A stretch of 64,000 nt of DNA from an uncultured Thermoleophilia bacterium (lineage in GTDB: Bacteria; Actinomycetota; Thermoleophilia; Miltoncostaeales; Miltoncostaeaceae): NCBI GenBank assembly GCA_963802325.1, contig CAWDII010000003.1:36496-100495 (forward strand), given 5' to 3'. Shown in pieces: positions 10,421-19,515 of this stretch; the first letter of the stretch is position 1; every line of letters starts with the position of its first letter. Position numbers and translations under genes: made by a program. The notes under the pieces were generated by a model that had not been told where the DNA came from, did no database searches, and saw only the letters and a list, made by a program, of their open reading frames with translations.

Positions 10421-11749
10421 CTAGATCACCGGCGCCAGCGACATCCCGTCGGCCACCCGCTTGACCTCCTCGGCGAGGCGCGCGACCTCGGTCGAGGCGC
10501 GACCGGTCTCGCCGGCCGCGGCGGCCACCTCCTGGGAGGCTGCGGCGATCGTCTCGAGGGCGACGTTGGTGCTCTTGACGGCCTCGTTGATCGCGGAGAA
10601 GCGCTGCTGGACCGTCGTGGTCGACTCCCCGAGGGCGGCGACCTGCTCCTCGGCGCCCTGGCCCGCCGCGCGGACGTCGGCGATCGAGCGCTGCATCACC
10701 GTGACCGTGGCGTTGGCCTGACCGAGGCTCGCCTGCGTGCTCTCGGCGAGCCGGCGGACCTCGTCGGCGACGACGGCGAAGCCGCGGCCGGCATCGCCGG
10801 CGCGGGCGGCCTCGATGGCCGCGTTCAGGGCCAGCAGGTTGATCTGGTCGGCCGTCTTCTTGAGGACGTCCGTGATGCTGTCGATCTCGCCGGAGCTCGT
10901 CTCGAGCGAGGTGGCCGCGCCGGTGAGCTGATCCGTGGCGCCGCCCACCTTGCGGACGGCCGACTCGGCGTCGCTCACGGCCTCGAGGCCCTCGCCGGCG
11001 GTGTTGCTGGTGCTGGCCGAGAGCTGGGCCGCGCCGCTGACCTCCTCGGCGACCTGGACGGCCGTGGCCGTCATCTCCTCGACCGAGGCCGAGGCCTGCT
11101 CGGCGGCGGCCGCGAGCTGTCCGGCGAGGTCGTTGAGCTCGATCTGCGCGACCCGCTGGGCCTCCTGGGCCTCGCGGGCCTCCGAGAGGGCGTTGTCGGC
11201 GCGGTCCTGGCGCGAGTTCATGAAGGTGACGCAGACCACGCCCTCGTCGAAGGCCAGCAGCTTGTCCAGCGCGTGGATGTAGGCGGCGGCGCGGGAGGGG
11301 GCGATGAGCGGCTCGGCGGCGACTAGGGCGGTGCCCTCGGGAGCGTCGGCGGGGACCTCGGGTTCGGGCGCGATCGTGGCCTCGAACACGATGTCGGTCC
11401 AGACCTCCCGGATCGCCTGCACCTGGGCGGTGTAGGCGTCCACCGGCAGGTCGATCCGGTCGTGCACGCCCGCGATCACCTCACGGGCGGCGATGTGCGA
11501 CTCGTCGAGGCGGGTGGTCGCCATGTCGAGCACGTACGTCTTGAGGGTGCCCTCCAGCCGTGCGCGGTTCGAGTGCTGGGCGATCAGCTCGCCGAGGCCG
11601 GGGATCAGGTCGACCCGGTCGTAGAAGGCGGCCGCGATCCGGTCGACGTTCTCCCGCAGGAGAGGGGCGACCTCGCCCACCAGGCGGAAGGTCTCCTCGT
11701 CGATGCCGAGCAGTCGCTTGCGGTCCTCGTGAGTGAACCAATCCGCCAT
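10421..11749 (-). CDS. hemAT: Globin-coupled methyl-accepting chemoreceptor (HemAT-like)
   Basis: Soluble protoglobin-like N-terminus (AFYD...[10 protein letters not shown]) plus MCP signature [35 protein letters not shown]. Confidence 0.88.
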   Translation of the reverse strand: MADWFTHEDRKRLLGIDEETFRLVGEVAPLLRENVDRIAAAFYDRVDLIPGLGELIAQHSNRARLEGTLKTYVLDMATTRLDESHIAAREVIAGVHDRIDLPVDAYTAQVQAIREVWTDIVFEATIAPEPEVPADAPEGTALVAAEPLIAPSRAAAYIHALDKLLAFDEGVVCVTFMNSRQDRADNALSEAREAQEAQRVAQIELNDLAGQLAAAAEQASASVEEMTATAVQVAEEVSGAAQLSASTSNTAGEGLEAVSDAESAVRKVGGATDQLTGAATSLETSSGEIDSITDVLKKTADQINLLALNAAIEAARAGDAGRGFAVVADEVRRLAESTQASLGQANATVTVMQRSIADVRAAGQGAEEQVAALGESTTTVQQRFSAINEAVKSTNVALETIAAASQEVAAAAGETGRASTEVARLAEEVKRVADGMSLAPVI

Positions 11750-11813
11750 CGGACTTTCCCCCAGGCCGGTCGTTTCCCGTGTGCGGACCGAAATAATGTC
11801 CGCTTCAGGGCTG

Positions 11814-11840
11814 TATTCGGCCGGCCCTCCGTCGTCTTGA
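11814..11840 (-). promoter_or_regulatory. Sigma-28 (FliA/WhiG-type) promoter upstream of hemAT
   Basis: Minus strand TCAAG-N14-GCCGAATA, close to the TAAA/TCAAG...GCCGATAA consensus, in front of a chemoreceptor. Confidence 0.6.
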
Positions 11841-11905
11841 GGCGGCGGGGGTGTCGTCGGAGGAAACTTGAGGCGAACCGTAAGCCGGCCGCCTCACGAG
11901 AGCGT

Positions 11906-12229
11906 CTAGCGGGGCGGCTCGCCCTCGTAGGGGAGGCCCTCGACGGCCCAGGCGATGATGCCTCCCTCGATGTTGGCCACCTCGCCGTGCTCGCCGGCGG
12001 CGGTGAGGTAGTCGGCCACCTGGCCGCTGCGGTTGCCGCTGCGGCAGAGGATGGCGAGGGGGCGATCGGTGGGGATCTCCTCGATGCTCGCCAGCAGCTC
12101 GCTCATCGGGATCAGGGGGATGCCCTCGACCCTCGAGGCGTCGTGCTCGGACTGCTCGCGGACATCGATGATCGCGAGCGCCCCCTCGGTCCAGAGCCGG
12201 TGGGCCTCGGTGACGCTGTACTCGATCAC
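11906..12229 (-). CDS. Rhodanese-like protein
   Basis: IIDVREQSEH, LCRSGNRS, NIEGGIIAW; GTG overlaps the mqnC stop. Confidence 0.9.
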   Translation of the reverse strand: MIEYSVTEAHRLWTEGALAIIDVREQSEHDASRVEGIPLIPMSELLASIEEIPTDRPLAILCRSGNRSGQVADYLTAAGEHGEVANIEGGIIAWAVEGLPYEGEPPR

Positions 12230-13320
12230 GCGAAGGTCCTGACGGCCCGGTAGAGGGTGTCGCGCTGCACCGCGCGGCGCCCGGTGGCCTCGATCGCCCG
12301 CACCATCCGGTCGGTGTCGAGGCGGAAGGCGGTGCCGGCGGCGCGCACGACGTTCTCCTCGATCATGATCGAGCCCATGTCGTCGCAGCCGAACTCCAGC
12401 GCGAGCTGGCCGATGCGCAGGCCCTGGGTGACCCACGACGACTGGAAGTGGGGGAAGTTGTCGAGGTAGAGCCGGCTGACCGCGAGCATCATCAGGTAGT
12501 CGGCGGGCGTCGTGTGGGCATGGTCGTCGCCGCGCGCGCTGCCGCCTCCCGACTGGTAGCTCCAGCAGACGAAGGCGCGGAAGCCCGCGGTCTCGTCCTG
12601 CACCTCGCGCAGGCGGCGCAGATGCTCGATGCGGTCCTCGGGGGTGTCGACCGTGCCGTACATCATCGTCGCCGTGGTCGACATGCCGGCCCGGTGGGCG
12701 GCCTTCATCACGTCGAGCCACTCGTCGCTGGTGGTCTTGCGCGGCGCGATCACCTGGCGGACGCGGTCGACGAGGATCTCGGCCCCGCCGCCCGGGAGCG
12801 AGTCGTGGCCCACCGCCCGCAGGCGCGCGAGCGTCTCGTCGAGCGTCAGCTTCGAGACGTGGCTGATGTGGAGGATCTCGGAGGGCGAGAGCGCGTGCAG
12901 GTGGATCGGGTAGCGGGCCTTGATGTCGCTGAACAGGTCCTCGTACCACTCGATCCGCAGGTTCGGGTGGTGGCCGCCCTGCAGCAGCAGCGCGGTGCCG
13001 CCGAGGTCGAGGGTCTCCTCGATCTTCCGGAAGATGACCGACTTCGGCAGGACGTAGCCCTCGGGGTCCATCGGCTTGCGGTAGAAGGCGCAGAAGTCGC
13101 AGTCGGTGATGCAGAAGTTGGTGTAGTTGACGTTCCGGTCGATCACGAACGTCACGACATCGGGGTCACTCGCGGCGTCGCGCCGTCGCCCGGCCGCCTG
13201 CCCCACCGACACCAGGTCGCGCGAGGTCAGCAGCGTCAGCGCGTCCTCGTCGGACAGCCGCCCGCCGGCGTCGAGGGCCTCGAGGATCTCCTGCGTGCGT
13301 GCCGGTGCGAGAGTGGACAT
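12226..13320 (-). CDS. mqnC: Cyclic dehypoxanthinyl futalosine synthase (radical SAM)
   Basis: DRNVNYTNFCITDCDFCAFYR, LQGGHHP, QSSWVTQG, MGSIMIEENVV. Confidence 0.92.
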   Translation of the reverse strand: MSTLAPARTQEILEALDAGGRLSDEDALTLLTSRDLVSVGQAAGRRRDAASDPDVVTFVIDRNVNYTNFCITDCDFCAFYRKPMDPEGYVLPKSVIFRKIEETLDLGGTALLLQGGHHPNLRIEWYEDLFSDIKARYPIHLHALSPSEILHISHVSKLTLDETLARLRAVGHDSLPGGGAEILVDRVRQVIAPRKTTSDEWLDVMKAAHRAGMSTTATMMYGTVDTPEDRIEHLRRLREVQDETAGFRAFVCWSYQSGGGSARGDDHAHTTPADYLMMLAVSRLYLDNFPHFQSSWVTQGLRIGQLALEFGCDDMGSIMIEENVVRAAGTAFRLDTDRMVRAIEATGRRAVQRDTLYRAVRTFA

Positions 13321-13329
13321 CCGCTGATT

Positions 13330-14130
13330 CTACGCGGCGAGCCGCGGGACGACATCGAGCTCGCCGCACTCGCGGGCGCGGGTGAGGAAGGTCTCCAGGC
13401 CGCGGCGCTCGGCCGGCCCGAACTCGTACCGCAACCGGCGCAGGTAGGGGCGGATGAAGTCGGCGGGGAAGGGGAATCGCTCCGCGGCCGCGGCGACCAC
13501 GGCCTCCGGGTCGGCGAGGTAGGCCGAGCGCGCGTCCGAGAGCAGGGCGGCGAAGGCGTCGAGCGCCTCAGCGCGCTCGCGCGCCACCTCGGCGCCGGCG
13601 GCCCAGACCGCGAAGACCATCGGCTGGCCGGTGCGCGCCCGCCAGAGGCCGCCGAGGTCGGTGCGGTGCTCGCAGAAGGGCACGCGCAGTCCGCAGAGCG
13701 CCTCGTCGCCGATCAGCAGCACGCCGTCGACCGTCTCCAGGGCCTCGGCGGGTGGCCCGTCGAGGGTGGTGAACGGCGCGACGCCGGGCCCGAGCAGCAC
13801 GCGCAGCAGCGCCACGGAGGTCTCGCTGTGCGGCGTCACCGCCACCGTGCGGACCTCCTCGAAGGGCACCCGCGAGAACAGCTGGATCGAGTCGACCGCA
13901 CCGTCGGCGGTGATCGAGGCCACCGGCACCAGCCGCAGCCGGGCCGCGTTGCGGGCGTAGGCGATGCTCGACATCGCCGAGACGTCGAGGCGGCCCTCGA
14001 TCAGCGCGCGATTGAGCTCGGAGGGCACGCCGTCGGTGAACGCGAGGGTGGGATCGGCCGCCCGCTCCAGCCCGTGGTAGAGCGGATACATGTTGAGGGC
14101 CGAGATACGGCCCACCCGCAGCAGCCTCAC
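13330..14130 (-). CDS. mqnA: Chorismate dehydratase
   Basis: VGRISALNMYPLY, PSELNRAL, SETSVALL, LLIGDEAL, PMVFAVW. Confidence 0.9.
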   Translation of the reverse strand: MRLLRVGRISALNMYPLYHGLERAADPTLAFTDGVPSELNRALIEGRLDVSAMSSIAYARNAARLRLVPVASITADGAVDSIQLFSRVPFEEVRTVAVTPHSETSVALLRVLLGPGVAPFTTLDGPPAEALETVDGVLLIGDEALCGLRVPFCEHRTDLGGLWRARTGQPMVFAVWAAGAEVARERAEALDAFAALLSDARSAYLADPEAVVAAAAERFPFPADFIRPYLRRLRYEFGPAERRGLETFLTRARECGELDVVPRLAA

Positions 14131-14687
14131 GCCCGCCTCACCGCCGCGCCGACCCCCGCGGCCAGGTGATCGGGGTCGCTCGCGTCGTCGGCCGGGATCA
14201 GCCACTCGGTCGCGCCGAACGCGACGGCGATCTGGCAGGCGGCCGCGCCGAGGCGGCCCCAGTGGGGGCGCACCTCGACATCGCCGGGCAGGGCGAGGCG
14301 GCAGACCGCGATCACGGTCAGGTCCTCCACGCCCCAGGAGCCCGGGCGCTCGGGGGTGCCCTCGGCCGGCACGGGGCAGACCGCCCTCAGCAGCCCGGTC
14401 TCGCGGGCGAGCTCGGCCAGGGCGGCGATGCGCTCGGCGATGTCGGCGGGGTCGTGGCCCGCTCCGTAGGCGACGGCCGCCTCGCTCGGGCGCCCGGCGG
14501 CGTGGGCGGAGCGGTGGGCGTCCAGCGCGCCCTCGGCGTCGCCGTCCACCAGGCGGTCGTCCCCGGCGGGCTCCCGGGTGACCGTGACGCCGGCCCCCGG
14601 GCTCACGCCCGCGGCGCGCGCCGCGACCAGGGGGTCGGCGTCTCGCAGCAGTGCCTCGATCTGCTCGCGGGAGACGGCGCCGCTCAC
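14127..14687 (-). CDS. Miniaturised MqnE/CofH-like protein lacking the radical-SAM cluster motif
   Basis: 186 aa, coupled by GTGA overlaps at both ends; HRSAHAAG...YG...ETG...EDLTVIAVCRLAL...HW..LG...QIAVAFGA resembles the CofH/MqnC/MqnE C-terminal half. Confidence 0.65.
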   Translation of the reverse strand: MSGAVSREQIEALLRDADPLVAARAAGVSPGAGVTVTREPAGDDRLVDGDAEGALDAHRSAHAAGRPSEAAVAYGAGHDPADIAERIAALAELARETGLLRAVCPVPAEGTPERPGSWGVEDLTVIAVCRLALPGDVEVRPHWGRLGAAACQIAVAFGATEWLIPADDASDPDHLAAGVGAAVRRA

Positions 14688-15667
14688 GAGTACCGGTCCA
14701 CGACGCCGTCGGCGATCTCGAGCAGCGCGGGCACGTCGGCGCCGTCGGCCGGCGCGTCCTCGATCGCCGTGCGCGCGCGCGCGACGAACGTCAGAGCGCG
14801 CTCGCGCGCGAGGCGCAGGCCCTCGTGACCGGCCAGCCGGTCGCAGAGCGCCTCCAGCCCGGGACCCTGCGCCGCGTCGGCCAGATCGGCACGCAGGCCC
14901 GGCTCCACCTGCAGCGCGAGGATCACCGGCAGCGTCACCGTGCCGTCGCAGAGGTCGGTGCCGCGCCGCTTGCCCGTCACCGCCGGCGCGCCCGCGAGGT
15001 CGAGGATGTCGTCGAAGATCTGGAACGCCATCCCCACATTCTCGCCGAACGCCGCCAGGCGGTCCTCGGCGTCGCGCCCCGCTCCTCCGACCATGGCGCC
15101 CAGCCGGCACGCCACCGAGAAGAGCGCCGCCGTCTTGCGCCGGCAGCGGGAGAGGTACGCGTCCTCGGTGAGGTCGAGGTCGTAGGCCGCCCGCTGCTGG
15201 TCCATCTCCCCCTGCGAGAGGTCGAGCGCCGCGCCCGCGAGCGCGCTCACGGCCCGCGTGGAGCCGGTGCGGGTGAGCTCGCCGAAGGCGCGCGCGAACA
15301 GGAAGTCGCCGGTGCTGATCGCGCGGGCGGCGCCGAGCGCCTGCGCCACCGTCGGCCGCCCGCGCCGCATCGTGGCCCCGTCGAGCAGGTCGTCGTGCAC
15401 GAGGGTCGCCATGTGCACCAGCTCGACCGCGGCACCGGCCGACAGGAGGTTGGCGCGGGCGGAGGTCTCGGCGAGCGCGGCCTGCGGGGCGGCGCAGAAC
15501 ACCAGCAGCGGCCGCACGCGCTTGCCGCCCGCGACGAGGGTGTCCTCGGCGGGCCGGGCCACCTGCTCGGCGTGGCCGGCCACGGCGTCGCGCAGCCGCT
15601 GCTCGCAGAGGGCGAGCAGCGGTGTCATCGGGCGCACCAGGGGGGGCAGCGGCGCGGCCGAGGTCAC
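14684..15667 (-). CDS. Polyprenyl (heptaprenyl-type) diphosphate synthase, catalytic subunit
   Basis: GGKRVRP, VHMATLVHDDLLD, RRG, KTAALF, AFQIFDDILD. Confidence 0.92.
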   Translation of the reverse strand: MTSAAPLPPLVRPMTPLLALCEQRLRDAVAGHAEQVARPAEDTLVAGGKRVRPLLVFCAAPQAALAETSARANLLSAGAAVELVHMATLVHDDLLDGATMRRGRPTVAQALGAARAISTGDFLFARAFGELTRTGSTRAVSALAGAALDLSQGEMDQQRAAYDLDLTEDAYLSRCRRKTAALFSVACRLGAMVGGAGRDAEDRLAAFGENVGMAFQIFDDILDLAGAPAVTGKRRGTDLCDGTVTLPVILALQVEPGLRADLADAAQGPGLEALCDRLAGHEGLRLARERALTFVARARTAIEDAPADGADVPALLEIADGVVDRYS

Positions 15668-16374
15668 GCCACGCGCCCGTGGTGCAGGGCGATGATGCCT
15701 CCGGCGAGCCCCCGCCAGCGGACGTCGGTGAGGCCGCAGGCGGCCATCCTGGCGGCGAGCTCGGGGGGCTCGGGGAAGCGGCGCACCGAGGCCGGTAGAT
15801 ACGAGTAGGCGGCCGAATCGCGCCCGAGCAGCTTCCCGAGCTGCGGGACGACCCGTCCGAACCAGAGGTCGTAGAAGGGGCGCAGGCGGGCGGGGGTGGT
15901 GATCTCGAGGATCACCACGCGGCCGCCGGGGCGGACGACCCGCGCCATCTCCGCGATCCCTCCATCGAGGTCGCTGACGTTGCGGATGCCGAAGGCGACG
16001 GTGGCCGCGTCGAACTCGTCGTCGGCGAACGGCAGCGCCAGGGCGTCACCCTGGACGAACTCGACCCGCGCGCCGCGCTCGGACGCCTTGACGCGCGCCC
16101 GGGCGAGCATCTCCTCGGCGAAGTCGAGGCCGACCACCGACCCCGACGGCGTGACGCGGGCGGCCAGCTCGAAGGCGAGGTCGCCCGTGCCGGTGCAGCA
16201 GTCGAGCGCGCGGTCCCCGGCGGCCAGGTCGGCCGCGGCTGCGGCGGCGCGACGCCAGCGCCCGTCGAGGCCCGCGGTCATCGCGCGGTTGAGGCGGTCG
16301 TACCGGGGCGCGATGCGGTCGAACATGTCGCGCACCTCGGCGGCGGGCAGCCGCCCGGGCGTCGCCTCGCTCAT
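15664..16374 (-). CDS. menG: Demethylmenaquinone methyltransferase
   Basis: MFDRIAPRYDRLN, LDCCTGTGD, AFGIRNV, AYSYLPASVRRFP. Confidence 0.92.
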   Translation of the reverse strand: MSEATPGRLPAAEVRDMFDRIAPRYDRLNRAMTAGLDGRWRRAAAAAADLAAGDRALDCCTGTGDLAFELAARVTPSGSVVGLDFAEEMLARARVKASERGARVEFVQGDALALPFADDEFDAATVAFGIRNVSDLDGGIAEMARVVRPGGRVVILEITTPARLRPFYDLWFGRVVPQLGKLLGRDSAAYSYLPASVRRFPEPPELAARMAACGLTDVRWRGLAGGIIALHHGRVA

Positions 16375-17009
16375 GCCGGGTGCCCCTGCGCCATCGCGGG
16401 GTCCTCGCCCCAGCGCGCCATCAGGTCGTGGGGCACGCCGAGGTGGTCGAGCGCCTTGGCGACCATGAAGTCGACCAGCTGGTCGACGCTGCGCGGGTGG
16501 TTGTAGAAGCCCGGCATCGCCGGCATCACGATCGCGCCGGCGCGGGTGAGCGTCGCCATGTTCTCGATCTGGATCAGGCTGAGCGGGGTCTCGCGAGGCA
16601 TCACCACCAGGCGGCGGCGCTCCTTCAGCATCACGTCCGCGCAGCGGTGGATCAGGTTGCGCGAGGTGCCGTGGGCGATGCAGGCGAGGCTCGAGCCCGA
16701 GCAGGGGGCGATCAGGGCGGCCGGGGCGAGCGACGATCCCGACGCGAAGGGCGCCGTCAGGTCGTTGAGCCCGAGCACGGTCACCGAGCCGGGGCCGGTG
16801 GCGTAGCGCTCGACGAAGGTCGCGACCACGAGGGCCGGGTCCTCGGGCGGCCGCGGTCCGGCCTCGAGGATCTCGTGGCTGATCACGTGCGCGCCGGCGC
16901 CGCTGACGCACAGGCCGACGTCGCAGCCGGCGTCGGTGAGGGCACGGAGCGCGTGGCCGGCGTAGACGGCCCCGCTCGCTCCCGTGACCCCGAGGAATAC
17001 GCGCATCAC
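16371..17009 (-). CDS. ubiX: Flavin prenyltransferase
   Basis: GVTGASG, ASGS, IAPCS, LKERRRLVVMPRETPL, PAMPGFY. Confidence 0.93.
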   Translation of the reverse strand: MMRVFLGVTGASGAVYAGHALRALTDAGCDVGLCVSGAGAHVISHEILEAGPRPPEDPALVVATFVERYATGPGSVTVLGLNDLTAPFASGSSLAPAALIAPCSGSSLACIAHGTSRNLIHRCADVMLKERRRLVVMPRETPLSLIQIENMATLTRAGAIVMPAMPGFYNHPRSVDQLVDFMVAKALDHLGVPHDLMARWGEDPAMAQGHPA

Positions 17010-17091
17010 GTCCTCGATGGTAGCGGGACGCTTCCCCTGGGAGGGCCGAACCGACCGGAGGCGAGCGCCTCCGGTCGGACGGACGACGGCC

Positions 17092-17832
17092 CTACTTGTA
17101 CTTGGTCCCGAGACCGGCGAGGAACGTGCCGATCTCCTCGTACTGCTGCGGGGTGAAGGTCGTGAACTTCGGCATCACGCCGCCGGGCGGCGCCTTGATG
17201 AAGTCGCCGTAGAACTCGGCCGTCTGGCCCTTGCTACCGAGGTTCGTCAGGTTCGGACCGGGCCCCGGTGCTCCCACGCCGGCCACGTTGTGGCAGGCCG
17301 TACAGCCGTTTGCCAGGAACAGCGCCGCTCCCGCCTGCGCCGTCTCGTCCAGACCGGTCAGGGGAAGGCCCTCGCTGCCCACGCCCTCGTTGGAGCTGGC
17401 GCCGAGGTTCGTCATGTAGGCGAGGAACGCGATCACCGCGATGCCCGTGAAGAGCGCGATCGGCCGCTTCTGGATCCTGCGCTCCGGGCCCCGGTCGATG
17501 AACGGGGTCGCGATGAGAAGCACCATGAGGATGTTCGGGACGATGAACGTGGCCATGATGACCGGCATCAGGGCGTTCTGGCCCTTGAAGATCTTCAGGA
17601 GCTCGAACAGGAAGAAGAAGTACCACTCGGGCCGCGGCACGAAGTCGGTGCTCGCCGGGTTGACCGGCTCGCCCACCTCGACGCGGTGCCAGATGGCCAG
17701 CGTGATCACCAGGGCGATCGCCAGCGTGGCGACGAGCAGGTCCTTGTAGATCGCGTAGGGGAAGAAGGGCTTGCCCTCGGCCTTCGCCTGCGCGTAGTCG
17801 CGCTTGTAGTACTCCTGCTGACCGCGGTTCAC
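17092..17832 (-). CDS. qcrC: Menaquinol:cytochrome c reductase subunit IV fused to cytochrome c
   Basis: KPFFP, PRPEWYF (PEWY motif), PFIDRGPERR, C-terminal CTACH heme c site. Confidence 0.88.
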   Translation of the reverse strand: MNRGQQEYYKRDYAQAKAEGKPFFPYAIYKDLLVATLAIALVITLAIWHRVEVGEPVNPASTDFVPRPEWYFFFLFELLKIFKGQNALMPVIMATFIVPNILMVLLIATPFIDRGPERRIQKRPIALFTGIAVIAFLAYMTNLGASSNEGVGSEGLPLTGLDETAQAGAALFLANGCTACHNVAGVGAPGPGPNLTNLGSKGQTAEFYGDFIKAPPGGVMPKFTTFTPQQYEEIGTFLAGLGTKYK

Positions 17833-18662
17833 GAGGCACCCTCGACCTTCTGGGGCTCGGGCGTGGGCGCGACGGCCGGGACCTCACGACGCCCGTACGG
17901 GAGACGCTCGTTCTCCGCCGCGCGGCGCGCCTCCTCCTCGGAGCGCTCGATCGCCATCCGCCGCTTGCTGTACGGGGGCTCGGCGATGCCGAGCTTGGCG
18001 ACGAGGTACATGTGGAGGCCGATGAAGGTGGCCATCCCGCCCGGTATCACGAGCATGTGGATGGAATAGAAGCGCGACAGAGTCTCGGGTCCGAACTCCG
18101 GGCCGGCGCGGAGCACGTCGGCGATGTACGGGCCGATGATCGGCGCGCTGGCGGTGATGTTCACGGCGACCACGGTGGCCCAGTAGGCCTTCTGGTCCCA
18201 CACCAGCAGGTAGCCGGTGAGTCCCATGAACATGGTCATGATGAGCAGGATCGCCCCGGTCACCCAGGTCAGCTCGCGCGGGTACTTGTACGACCCGAAG
18301 AAGAAGACGCGCCCGAGATGGAGGAAGACCACCACGATCATCGCGCTGGCGCCCCACTTGTGCATGCCGCGCACGAGGTAGCCCCAGGTGACGTCGTTGG
18401 TGATGACCTCGATGCTCTGGAAGGCGCTGTTGGGGTCGGGCTTGTAGTACATCGCCAGGATGATCCCGGTGATGGCCTGCATGCCGAAGAGCGCCATGGC
18501 GGTGAAGCCGAGCGTCTGGAACCAGCTCGTCTCCGCCGGGATGTTGCGGAAGAGGAACCACTTGGCGCCGGTCTTGACCCCGGTGCGCTTGTTGACGTAG
18601 TCGAAGGCCGCCTCGCCCGCCTTGACGGCCGGGTTCTTGGGTCCGATGTCTGTCGTAGCCAC
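17829..18662 (-). CDS. qcrB: Cytochrome b6-like subunit
   Basis: RGMHKWGAS, HLGRVF, PRELTWVTG, WDQKAYWA, RFYSIH. Confidence 0.92.
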   Translation of the reverse strand: MATTDIGPKNPAVKAGEAAFDYVNKRTGVKTGAKWFLFRNIPAETSWFQTLGFTAMALFGMQAITGIILAMYYKPDPNSAFQSIEVITNDVTWGYLVRGMHKWGASAMIVVVFLHLGRVFFFGSYKYPRELTWVTGAILLIMTMFMGLTGYLLVWDQKAYWATVVAVNITASAPIIGPYIADVLRAGPEFGPETLSRFYSIHMLVIPGGMATFIGLHMYLVAKLGIAEPPYSKRRMAIERSEEEARRAAENERLPYGRREVPAVAPTPEPQKVEGAS

Positions 18663-18672
18663 GGGCGCCTCT

Positions 18673-19383
18673 CTAGAAGGGGTAGAGGTTGGAGAGAGGC
18701 CCGGTCACCAGCTCGCCGGGGCCGTGAAGCTTGTAGGGCTTCTGGTCCTCGTCGATGGAGAACGGGCGGCCCAGGAGGACGCGGTCGTCGGGGCTCGCGT
18801 CGGCCGTCGAGACACCCTCGGACGGCGAGGTCGTCAGTGCGACGTCCTTGCCGTCGGGGGTGACGATCTTCACGTCGAACCGGTCCATCGGCCGCGGGGG
18901 CGGGCCCGAGGTGACGAGTCCGAGCGAGTCGTAGGCGCCACCGTGGCACGGGCAGGCGTAGACGTCACCGCCCGGCGAGTAGGCGACCGGGCACCCGAGG
19001 TGGGCGCATCGGTTCCAGATCGCGATCATCGCGCCGTCCTTGTGGCGCAGGAACGCGCGCCGGTCGGACTCGGGCGCGGGGCCCGAGACGGCGATCGAGC
19101 CGGTCTGACCGTCGGGGAAGTCGGAGAGCGGGCCGACATCGACCCAGCGGAACTCCTCTTCCTTGAGCGCGTCCGCTGCGGCGAAGCCGACGACGGGCAC
19201 GAGGATGGCCGCGGTCATGACGCCACCCGTGACCAGCGCGACGCCGGTCAGGAACCTGGTCCGCGTGATGAACGCGGGGTCGTCGTGGTGGTCGTGCACG
19301 GCCTCCGGCGCGTGCGCCTGCGGCCCGCTGTACTGACCCCCGCGAGTGCCTCCGGCGGTCCCGTCCCCCTGGCTCTCAGCCAA
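18673..19383 (-). CDS. qcrA: Rieske iron-sulfur subunit
   Basis: CAHLGC and CPCHGG boxes; TRTRFL plus TM anchor. Confidence 0.92.
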   Translation of the reverse strand: MAESQGDGTAGGTRGGQYSGPQAHAPEAVHDHHDDPAFITRTRFLTGVALVTGGVMTAAILVPVVGFAAADALKEEEFRWVDVGPLSDFPDGQTGSIAVSGPAPESDRRAFLRHKDGAMIAIWNRCAHLGCPVAYSPGGDVYACPCHGGAYDSLGLVTSGPPPRPMDRFDVKIVTPDGKDVALTTSPSEGVSTADASPDDRVLLGRPFSIDEDQKPYKLHGPGELVTGPLSNLYPF

Positions 19384-19515
19384 CCCCGACCTCCTGCGAT
19401 GTCGTCCAGCGGCCGGACCCCGGCACGCTCGGGGGATTCAACCCGACGGGAAGGCCGATATCAACGACTACCCGACGGGTCGGACGTCCCTTTCTCGGGG
19501 GGACGGATCCACGTT

